Below are positions 46,710 through 54,605 of a stretch of DNA of 64,000 nt, piece after piece. The notes below the pieces were generated by a model that was given only the letters and a program-made list of their open reading frames with translations, was not told the origin of the DNA and made no database searches. A program made the position numbers and the translations under genes. Within the stretch, counting starts at the first letter, position 1; each line of letters begins with the position of its first letter. The stretch is from an uncultured Planctomycetaceae bacterium (GTDB lineage: Bacteria; Planctomycetota; UBA8742; UBA2392; JABWBM01), in assembly GCA_964548115.1 (NCBI GenBank), contig CAZJPQ010000008.1:17683-81682 (forward strand), written 5' to 3'.

Positions 46710-48686
46710 ATGACAAAAGGAAAAACATTGCTTTATCAGTACTTCAGAAATTTCATTGTTCTTAGTTTTATGGCGCTGATTTTGTTTGGTTGTGGGCGAC
46801 ATGAAGCGGAAGTTCAGGCTCCTGAAGGAGCCCAGCCTTTCAAAGTTGATCAGGTGAAGATTGCTGGTAAGGAGTTCAAACTTTATACAGCGACTACTCA
46901 TATTGAACGACTGCGTGCTGAGCGTTTTGTTGATTTACGCGATGAAAATCAAGCCGCGCTATTTCTCTATGGCAATGAGGGGAATGATAGTAAGGAAGAA
47001 AGAGTTCTTGATATTCAACCGGACTTTGCCTTCCCGGCTGACTTACTTTTTCTTAATCGCAAGCAGGAGGTTGTAAAAGTTTACGCTGGTCCTGAGCAAG
47101 GATATATGCCATTTGGAATCACCAACCGTGAAAGTGGGTATGAAAATGGCCCTAACTTCTATGGTAGTGATAGGCCTGCTTCTGGAGCTTTATTGCTTCC
47201 CTATGGTAGCGCCGAGAAATTAGGAATCCAAGTAGGCTTGAAGCTTAACTTGCCAGAAAAGATTTTTTCAAAAATTACCCAGGCTGATGGTAATAAACTG
47301 GTGTTTTATTTCACCGAGCGCGGTTTTGTTGGTGAAAAAGAAGAGCAATCAGGTTTACCTGAACCTCCGAGTCTCCGGGCCAGAGTTGCTACCACTTCAG
47401 AAGATCGTTCTCGTAATATTTTAAAAGATGATGATGCTCTTCTGATGCTTTATCGTAAGCAAGATAGCAGTTGGTTCAGAAACGGTTATTGGCTTAAAGG
47501 CATTGAAGGCAAGGTTTCTTTTGCTTTTATGCGTCTTATTGATCAGAAAGGTGGTAAGGGGCCACTTTTTGGAAATGTTCTTGATATTATTGAGGGTGTT
47601 GAAGATCAATCAGGCCTTCCAGACCTTGAACGTCCTCGCTGGTGGCCTTCATCGGACCATATAACAAGCCGAGATGAAAACCCGCAAAACCGTAGATTTG
47701 AACTGTCAGGACCAGTCAATGCTCTTTTAATCGTACGGGGAGACAAACCCTTTACCGATCGTAAAATTAAAGAGGATATGAGCATTATAACAAGCTCTAT
47801 TACATTAAGTTCTCCAAGCTCCTGGAGTAACAACGGACTGGCAATTGAGAAAGATTCCTTTCTGGGACTTGGTTTGGAAGTTGGGGCAAAGAACTACGGT
47901 ATTCATTCTATAGTTCAACGCAGAGCTGCTATTAATGCTGCACTTTCTCGAGCAGGGGCCTTACGTCATGATGAAGCTTCCGTTTTAGTGTGGGATTCAA
48001 TAAAAGATGCTGAAGCTCATAATGCTTCACCACGAGCTGTAAAGCTTGCTTTGCTCGCTCCTTTTGAAGAAAATACTTCAAGTATAAAAAAAATACTTAC
48101 TCTTGAGCCAGGCAAACGACTCAGTAGTAAGGAGCTCGGTCTTTCTTCACGTTTTGCTCTTCTTTTTAATTCAAGTCAAGAAGGATTGAAGGAAGGAAGC
48201 AAGATAAGCATGCCTTGGCAGGTGGTAGCAATGAAACCATCCTTGAGAAGTGGAGCTTTTTATCGGGGAGAAGAGCCAGAAAAGCATTTTACAAGTGTTC
48301 CTGATGATAAGTTAGCAATGGTTCAATTAGAGGTCGCTGATACGGATCCGGCCATTATGCAAGGCCTTATGGGGCGAAAATCCTTACCACAAAATCAGGG
48401 AATGTTATTTATTTTTAAAGAGCCTAGCTTTCATAAATTTTGGATGAAAAATTGCCTGATGGACATTGATGTAGCTTTTATTACGGAAGATTTCCGAGTT
48501 GTTGCTCTTCATGAAATGAAAAAACCAAAACCTGGAACGCCTGACAGTGCCCTTGATACCTACCCTTCAAAGGGGAATGTTAAGTATGCTGTCGAGATGG
48601 AAGGAGGATGGTTTAAAGCACATGCTATTAAGAAGGGCGATCGTTTTTGGCTGCCATCACCTTTGATGGATCGTCTAAGCGAATAA
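46710..48686 (+). CDS. Lipoprotein with tandem DUF192-like domains
   Basis: Lipobox LFGC. Canonical C-terminal DUF192 (EVADT...GLMGR...GMLFIF...FWMKN..DIDVAF...YAVEM.GG) preceded by three degenerate copies. Start chosen at ATG 46710 after AGAAGG. Confidence 0.8.
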   Translation: MTKGKTLLYQYFRNFIVLSFMALILFGCGRHEAEVQAPEGAQPFKVDQVKIAGKEFKLYTATTHIERLRAERFVDLRDENQAALFLYGNEGNDSKEERVLDIQPDFAFPADLLFLNRKQEVVKVYAGPEQGYMPFGITNRESGYENGPNFYGSDRPASGALLLPYGSAEKLGIQVGLKLNLPEKIFSKITQADGNKLVFYFTERGFVGEKEEQSGLPEPPSLRARVATTSEDRSRNILKDDDALLMLYRKQDSSWFRNGYWLKGIEGKVSFAFMRLIDQKGGKGPLFGNVLDIIEGVEDQSGLPDLERPRWWPSSDHITSRDENPQNRRFELSGPVNALLIVRGDKPFTDRKIKEDMSIITSSITLSSPSSWSNNGLAIEKDSFLGLGLEVGAKNYGIHSIVQRRAAINAALSRAGALRHDEASVLVWDSIKDAEAHNASPRAVKLALLAPFEENTSSIKKILTLEPGKRLSSKELGLSSRFALLFNSSQEGLKEGSKISMPWQVVAMKPSLRSGAFYRGEEPEKHFTSVPDDKLAMVQLEVADTDPAIMQGLMGRKSLPQNQGMLFIFKEPSFHKFWMKNCLMDIDVAFITEDFRVVALHEMKKPKPGTPDSALDTYPSKGNVKYAVEMEGGWFKAHAIKKGDRFWLPSPLMDRLSE

Positions 48687-48744
48687 GCCCAAACTATTGA
48701 CATGTCTTACAGGTCTCATAAGTGTGGGCTTCGTGAATAAGGTG

Positions 48745-48831
48745 TGGTGCCGAGAGAGGGACTTGAACCCTCACCCACGAGTGTGGACTAGGACCTGAAC
48801 CTAGCGCGTCTACCAATTCCGCCACCTCGGC
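48745..48831 (-). tRNA. tRNA-Leu (CAG)
   Basis: Reverse complement GCCGAGGTGGCGGAATTGGTAGACGCGCTAGGTTCAGGTCCTAGTCCACACTCGTGGGTGAGGGTTCAAGTCCCTCTCTCGGCACCA: long variable arm, anticodon CAG, encoded CCA. Confidence 0.97.
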
Positions 48832-48948
48832 GATTTTCTCTTAGCCTAAGTCTAGCCTTGATTTTTTTACTTGCAAATGACTAAACCCGAAAAGCGTAAT
48901 ATGATTTTAGCTTTTTGTTTTAAGGATTATTATGGCCAAGCTCGATTT

Positions 48949-49227
48949 TTATTCCAAAGATTTTTGAATCAACCAGGGTTCAAGGTAAGAACGCTCATGG
49001 TCTGTTAGGCCTGAACGAGGACCAAATTCGTCAAGAATTAAAGGCCAATCCTCGTAGTCATATTCATCAGGAGCAGGGGTTGCATGGCACGTACTACAAC
49101 GACGGTGGTAAAGTATGTCAAGGTCTTCTTCGAGCTCAAGGTTCAATTGTCGAACACTACAGGCTAGTGATAACGAGCCTATCGTAAAGAGTAAGAATAA
49201 GAGGAGGGGGATTGATTGAATAGACAT
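48949..49227 (-). CDS. Small monoheme c-type cytochrome, probable lipoprotein
   Basis: Signal ending SLAC, CSTCH heme motif, P.P...Y...W pattern. Start chosen at ATG 49227; the ORF track starts at 49290. Confidence 0.75.
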   Translation of the reverse strand: MSIQSIPLLLFLLFTIGSLSLACSVRQLNLELEEDLDILYHRRCSTCHATPAPDEYDYEDWPLILDEFGPRSGLTDHERSYLEPWLIQKSLE

Positions 49228-49345
49228 GAGTTCAATTTCTTTATTTTTTAGAGTGAAAATAGAAGACCTCTTCCTTTTCTGTTTTCTCAAGTGTTTAAAG
49301 AAAGAGGCCCATTTGCAGTGATTTGTGAATGAGCAAAATACTTGA

Positions 49346-50641
49346 TTAGAAATACGTGCTTATGCTCATAACGAAACGGTCTCCAGCGTCCGTTGCCACA
49401 CCACTTGATTGCGTAAACTTCCATTCAGCCCTGATGACCGTTTTAAAGAAAGGACGGAAAGCAATTCCAGCGGTTAAAGCTTCTCGGTCGTCCCGCGTGG
49501 CAGCTCCTAAAATATTGTCATTTAAATTATTTTCTTCCCAGCGTAAAGAAAGCCCAATATAGCCAGAGTTACGAAGCCAGCCATTGAGGCTGCGATCATC
49601 CCAGGGGCGAAATCGCAATGTGCTTTGAAGGTAGTAACCATAGAGCCCGTCAATTAAGGTTGGATCATCACGGTCAATTCCAATTCGGAGGTATTCCCCT
49701 TCAAAGTGAAGGGCTATACTCTTCGTCTCATTAAAAGCTAGGGAGCCTGACAGATCGAAACCCCAGCCGATTAAAGTATCTTCATTATCATCATCAACCT
49801 TTTGCCAGGTAAGACTCGCGCCAGCTTCCAGAGAGGCATTACTATCGGAGAGGTTGGGACGAAAAGAACTTCTTTGCCATAGGGCTTTATTATTATTGTT
49901 GTCAGCTCTGAACGATTGCCGACTGTCTCGAGAACCCCCATTATTGCTGAACCCATCATCAAACCCTTGGGTGAGAGCAAGGTCGTAATGAAAAATTCCT
50001 GCGCCAAAACTGAAATCACCAGAAGCCCCAATTCCAGCTTGATCAAAAGCTGAAGGCGAGATCCGTCTTGCTACAAAAGGACGATCAAAAAGGTCATGAA
50101 GAGGGTCATCGTGAATTAAGTTGTACCGTCCAAATGGGATGAGAATCAGCCCTGCTTTTGGAATGAAACTTTTACTGATATCAAAAGAAAGTTCAGCGAA
50201 CTCTACTAAAATTTCGTTGCCGCTGAGAAAGCCAACGTCAGCGCCACCACCTTCTATTTCAACTTCGGTATCAAAGTGAACCTTATCGGTGATATCGATG
50301 CCAACTTGTGGTACAAAACGGTGTTGATCAAAGTGGTTGGTGCTTCCCTCTTCGTCATGAAATACGATTGAAAAATAACCACCTATACGAACATTGAGGT
50401 TTGATGGGCGGGTCAGCTTCCCGCCAACTGTGACCTTCTGAATGACTTCTTCTTGAGGGGCAGTCTGTTCTGCAGTAGGACGTTTCTGAAGTTCTTGCTC
50501 AAGGCGTTGAATTCTCTCCTTCAAGTTTTTTAATTCTTGTGCAGAGGAATCATTTTCCTCTTGGGCATAGCAAAAGGGGGATAGAGCAAAGAATCCTAAG
50601 GCTAAAAACAAAGTTTTAAAGGTGGCTCGATTCAAGGACAT
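49346..50641 (-). CDS. Outer-membrane beta-barrel porin (OprO/P-like), probably iron-related
   Basis: Signal peptide, short coiled coil, amphipathic strands, DQHRFV, EVEIE, AGLILIPFG, C-terminal STYF; two Fur-like boxes upstream. Confidence 0.75.
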   Translation of the reverse strand: MSLNRATFKTLFLALGFFALSPFCYAQEENDSSAQELKNLKERIQRLEQELQKRPTAEQTAPQEEVIQKVTVGGKLTRPSNLNVRIGGYFSIVFHDEEGSTNHFDQHRFVPQVGIDITDKVHFDTEVEIEGGGADVGFLSGNEILVEFAELSFDISKSFIPKAGLILIPFGRYNLIHDDPLHDLFDRPFVARRISPSAFDQAGIGASGDFSFGAGIFHYDLALTQGFDDGFSNNGGSRDSRQSFRADNNNNKALWQRSSFRPNLSDSNASLEAGASLTWQKVDDDNEDTLIGWGFDLSGSLAFNETKSIALHFEGEYLRIGIDRDDPTLIDGLYGYYLQSTLRFRPWDDRSLNGWLRNSGYIGLSLRWEENNLNDNILGAATRDDREALTAGIAFRPFFKTVIRAEWKFTQSSGVATDAGDRFVMSISTYF

Positions 50642-50731
50642 TTTTTCTCCTTAGCGGTAAATACATTCGTCAGAATTTTATAGAAATGAAAAGTTGTACG
50701 TTAAGAAATCGTAAATTCAAAGGCTACTTAT

Positions 50732-50750
50732 ATCGAGAATGATTCTCAAT
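50732..50750. promoter_or_regulatory. Fur-box-like palindrome (proximal)
   Basis: ATCGAGAAT-G-ATTCTCAAT: 8 of 9 positions complementary; core resembles the Fur 7-1-7 consensus TGATAAT-n-ATTATCA. Confidence 0.65.
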
Positions 50751-50769
50751 ACAATTTAAAAATTTTAAT

Positions 50770-50788
50770 TTTGAGAATGATTGTCAAA
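50770..50788. promoter_or_regulatory. Fur-box-like palindrome (distal)
   Basis: TTTGAGAAT-G-ATTGTCAAA: 8 of 9 positions complementary; contains TTGACA on the - strand. Confidence 0.65.
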
Positions 50789-50866
50789 ATCAAAAACAAC
50801 TTTTAGATTATGCTTTTGAGATAGATTAAGCTTCAGCTTTGTATATTTATGATGGTGTGATGTGGG

Positions 50867-51256
50867 CTAGTCTAGATCACAGAGTGCTTTAGCGCTCTCT
50901 TCTAGATTTTTTTTGGCTTCTTGGTTCACTTCAGGAAAAGGGACATCTTCAATGTCATGAGTTGGAATGAGGTGGATATGAGTGTGGGGAACTTCCCAAC
51001 CCCATACTGCAATTAAAACACGTTTACATTTGAGCTTATCTTCAAGCTTTTTTGCAACCTGGCGAGCACTTTTCCATAGTGCTAAATAGTCTTCTTCGGA
51101 AAGTTCGAAAATGGAGGCGATAGGTTTTTTAGGAATTACAAGAGTGTGCCCTTGAGCCCGTGGGTTAATGTCAAGAAAGGCCAAATGTTGGGGGTTTTCC
51201 CAAACTTTATAGCAAGGAATTTCGCCAGCAATAATCTTTTCAAAAAGCGTTGGCAT
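50867..51256 (-). CDS. HIT family protein
   Basis: LFEKIIAGEIP, AFLDINP, GHTLVIPK, histidine triad HTHIHLIP. Confidence 0.95.
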   Translation of the reverse strand: MPTLFEKIIAGEIPCYKVWENPQHLAFLDINPRAQGHTLVIPKKPIASIFELSEEDYLALWKSARQVAKKLEDKLKCKRVLIAVWGWEVPHTHIHLIPTHDIEDVPFPEVNQEAKKNLEESAKALCDLD

Positions 51257-51328
51257 TCTTTTACTCTTTCTCAGAATTATAGCATGAAAGCTATAGGTAA
51301 TTTGTAACCAAAATATTTCTAGAAGATT

Positions 51329-52198
51329 TCACCACTGATAAAACCCTTGTCCGCTTTTCTTGCCGAGCTTTCCTTCAGCAACCATGGAGCGTAAGAGTTC
51401 TGGCGCTCGAAAGCTTTCAGACTGAAGCTCTGTGAAAAGGTAGTCTGCAATTTTGAGACGAACATCAAGCCCTACAAGATCTGTAAGCTTAAGGGGCCCC
51501 ATGGGATGGCGATAGCCTAGTTCCATGGCAGTATCAATATCTTGGGCTGACGCAACACCTTGTTCAAGCATACGGATGGCTTCAAGGCCTAAAGCAAGTC
51601 CCAGACGACTTGAAGCAAAACCAGGAAAATCTTTCACGACAATAGGAGTTTTTCCAATAATCTCTCCAAAGCTTTGGGCTTTTTCAAGAGTTGCTGGACT
51701 TGTTCCTTCGTGAACTACAATTTCAAGTAAGCTCATAATATGAACAGGATTGAAGAAGTGCATGCCAATAAACTGCTCAGGATTTTTAAGGCCTTGGGCC
51801 AGCTGAGTAATGCTGATAGAACTGGTATTAGAAGCGTAGATACAGGAAGGTGAAGTTAAATTTTCAAGCTGTTGGAAGAGCTCTTTTTTAAGCTCTTTTT
51901 TTTCAGGAATAGCCTCGATAATTAAATCGGAGTCCTGAACCGCTTCTGGTAGTTTTGTGATAAGACTAAGGTTCGCAAGGGTTTTTGCTTTGTACTCGGT
52001 AGAAATCTTTCCTTTTTCGAGGCCTTTTTTGAGGTTTGCTTTGATGGATGTTAGGGATTTTTCCAGGACATCTTGAGAGAGATCAAAAAGTTTTGTTGTA
52101 TAGCCAGCGCCAGCAGCGATTTGAGCAATGCCATGCCCCATGGTGCCAGCACCAATAACACTAAGATTTTTTTGTTCCATATTTTCCTGTTCTTTCAA
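51329..52198 (-). CDS. 3-hydroxybutyryl-/3-hydroxyacyl-CoA dehydrogenase
   Basis: GAGTMGHGIA, IEAIPE, ASNTSS, GMHFFNPV, PMGPLKLTDLVGLD, GKLGKKSGQGFY. Confidence 0.95.
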   Translation of the reverse strand: MKEQENMEQKNLSVIGAGTMGHGIAQIAAGAGYTTKLFDLSQDVLEKSLTSIKANLKKGLEKGKISTEYKAKTLANLSLITKLPEAVQDSDLIIEAIPEKKELKKELFQQLENLTSPSCIYASNTSSISITQLAQGLKNPEQFIGMHFFNPVHIMSLLEIVVHEGTSPATLEKAQSFGEIIGKTPIVVKDFPGFASSRLGLALGLEAIRMLEQGVASAQDIDTAMELGYRHPMGPLKLTDLVGLDVRLKIADYLFTELQSESFRAPELLRSMVAEGKLGKKSGQGFYQW

Positions 52199-52471
52199 AA
52201 GGTCAGCCTTAGGAGTGGACCTTTTTAGCCCTTGATTGTGAAAAGTTATAAAAATAATCGATAAGTCTATAGAATTGTATTCTTTTGTTCAAAGGTTAAA
52301 GGGGTAAGAAAAAACCTATAAAGTTTTTGGGTTTTTCTATCAGCATATATTGAGAGTCTAGGGGTGATAATTTTTGGCTAGTAATTGAGCTTTTGCTCTT
52401 TTCTTGGTACAATGACTCTCTTTAGGTTAAAGAATGTTGAACGTATGTATAGAGTGCTATAAAGGTGTTTC

Positions 52472-54190
52472 ATGTCTGCTAAAGATCTTCCAGCAATTGT
52501 TCAATCAGATTTAAATATTTTACTTGAAGTAGATAGCCCCCTTTATACCGATGCTCGTGATGCTTTGGCTGCTTTTGCTGAACTCGTAAAGTCACCAGAG
52601 CATATTCATACCTATTGCATCAGTCCTCTTTCTCTTTGGAATGCAGCAGCAGCAGGGCTTTCTGTTGATGAGGTTTGTTTAGCCCTTGAGCGCTATAGCC
52701 GCTATGAGATTCCAGAAAATGTTCTGAGTGAAATCCAGGAGCTGATGGCTCGGTATGGAAAGCTTCAGCTGATTAAGGATGAGAAAAGTGGAGAGCTCAG
52801 TCTTCAAAGTGATGATCCAATGCTTTTTCTTGAATTGCTTCACCATAAAGAGATAGCCCCCCTTCTTGGAGTCCAAAAAGGAGATCGTTCTTGTGAAATA
52901 GATAAAAGCCAGCGGGGGGTACTCAAGCAGGCTTTAATTCAATTTGGCTATCCAGCGCAAGACTTGGCCGGTTATACAAAAGGTGAACCTTTAGAGGTTC
53001 GCATCAACAGCCATACGACGAGCACGAAAGAGAGCTTTCAGTTGAGGGATTATCAGCAGGCAGCAGCGGATGTTTTTTATGCTTCTGGTGGAGTTTATGG
53101 TGGTTCTGGAACTATTGTTTTACCTTGTGGAGCAGGCAAGACATTGGTTGGAATTGCCTGCATGGCAAATGTTCAAGCCAATACTTTAATTTTAGTGCCA
53201 AATATTGTTGCAGCACGTCAGTGGCGCCGGGAACTTCTTGAGCGTACGAACTTAAGTCCTGAACAAATCGGCGAATATTCTGGTGAAACGAAAGAAATTA
53301 AGCCAGTTACTATTGCGACATACCAGGTTTTGATTCATCGAAAATCAAAGAACCAGGCTTATCAGCATTTCCACCTTTTGGATAACCCACGCTGGGGGTT
53401 TATTGTTTATGATGAGGTTCACTTACTCCCAGCTCCCGTTTTTCGGGTGACAGCAGAGCTTCAAGCTCGTCGTCGCCTGGGTTTAACTGCGACTCTTGTT
53501 CGAGAGGATGGGCTTGAAAGTGATGTTTTTGCTTTAATTGGACCTAAAAAATACGAAGTCCCATGGAAGATTTTAGAAAAAGCAGGTTGGATCGCCCCAG
53601 CCCAATGCACCGAAATTCGTACACCTTTGCCTGATAACCTTCGCATGAAGTATGCTGTGGCAAATGATCGAGAAAAATTTCGAATTGCAAGTGAGAATCC
53701 TGATAAGGAAAAGCTGATTGAAGCTTTACTGGCATTTCATAAAGACGACCAAGTGCTTATTATCGGACAATATCTCGAACAGCTTGATAGTCTCGCAAAG
53801 CGTTTCGATATTCCTTTGATTGTTGGGAAGACTTCTACAAAGGTTCGTGAAAAATTATACCAGAAGTTCAGGCAAGGAGAAATCTCTAAGCTTATTTTAA
53901 GTCGTGTTGGAAACTTTGCTGTTGATTTACCGAGTGCAGCTGTCCTGATCCAGGTTAGTGGGGTATTTGGCTCTCGACAAGAAGAAGCTCAGCGACTTGG
54001 ACGTATTGTTCGGCCTCAGGAAGATAAAGAACTCGCAGCATTTTATTCATTAGTTTCGCGAGACACAAAAGAGCAAAACTTTGCTTCAAACCGCCAGCTT
54101 TTTCTTGTTGAACAGGGGTATCGCTATAACATCATGTCCTCCTCTGATGTCTTTGATGGAAGTTTTGAGAAGTTCCATATCGATCCTTAA
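52472..54190 (+). CDS. xpb: XPB/Rad25/Ssl2-family DNA helicase
   Basis: N-terminal domain KSPEHIHTY.ISPLSLWNA, Q motif LRDYQ, Walker A LPCGAGKT, DEVH, RED motif (TLVREDG), QRLGRIVRP. Confidence 0.95.
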   Translation: MSAKDLPAIVQSDLNILLEVDSPLYTDARDALAAFAELVKSPEHIHTYCISPLSLWNAAAAGLSVDEVCLALERYSRYEIPENVLSEIQELMARYGKLQLIKDEKSGELSLQSDDPMLFLELLHHKEIAPLLGVQKGDRSCEIDKSQRGVLKQALIQFGYPAQDLAGYTKGEPLEVRINSHTTSTKESFQLRDYQQAAADVFYASGGVYGGSGTIVLPCGAGKTLVGIACMANVQANTLILVPNIVAARQWRRELLERTNLSPEQIGEYSGETKEIKPVTIATYQVLIHRKSKNQAYQHFHLLDNPRWGFIVYDEVHLLPAPVFRVTAELQARRRLGLTATLVREDGLESDVFALIGPKKYEVPWKILEKAGWIAPAQCTEIRTPLPDNLRMKYAVANDREKFRIASENPDKEKLIEALLAFHKDDQVLIIGQYLEQLDSLAKRFDIPLIVGKTSTKVREKLYQKFRQGEISKLILSRVGNFAVDLPSAAVLIQVSGVFGSRQEEAQRLGRIVRPQEDKELAAFYSLVSRDTKEQNFASNRQLFLVEQGYRYNIMSSSDVFDGSFEKFHIDP

Positions 54191-54267
54191 GGGACTTGAT
54201 AAACGAAAAGGAGTTTTATGATGATTGAAGAAAGTGTTAAGAGGAAAGTTGTGAAGGGTAAGTAATT

Positions 54268-54480
54268 ATGAAACTTCATAAACATTTAGGTGTTATTCAA
54301 GCTCTTGATGAGACTGTTTTAAAAGAAGTGCTTTCTATGAGTGCGTTGCAACACAAGGTGCTTGGCTATTTAGCCCCAAATATTGCGGTCTTGGAGCGAG
54401 AGGATGCTGTAGAAGCAACGCGAGTTTTGAAGGAAAGTAACATTCACCCGAGAGTCATTGGTCTTCGTAATAGAAGCTGA
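54268..54480 (+). CDS. 70-aa protein with a p8/Tfb5-like beta-alpha-beta-beta-alpha pattern
   Basis: ATG start, protein-like composition, lies between xpb and its associated gene. The fold call is an inference from hydrophobic pattern. Confidence 0.7.
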   Translation: MKLHKHLGVIQALDETVLKEVLSMSALQHKVLGYLAPNIAVLEREDAVEATRVLKESNIHPRVIGLRNRS

Positions 54481-54605
54481 CTTTGTCCTCTTGTTCAAAA
54501 CGACCAAGCTGTTTTGAAAGGAGATGAAATCTCAAAACATAAGAGTAGATATTTCTCAAGCCAGTTTAACTTGCTTAAAGATAACGTAAGGGAGAAGAGT
54601 TCATA

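Noticed and set aside
48745-48831. tRNA-Leu as an integration site
   Set aside because: No att duplication or integrase found in the flanks.
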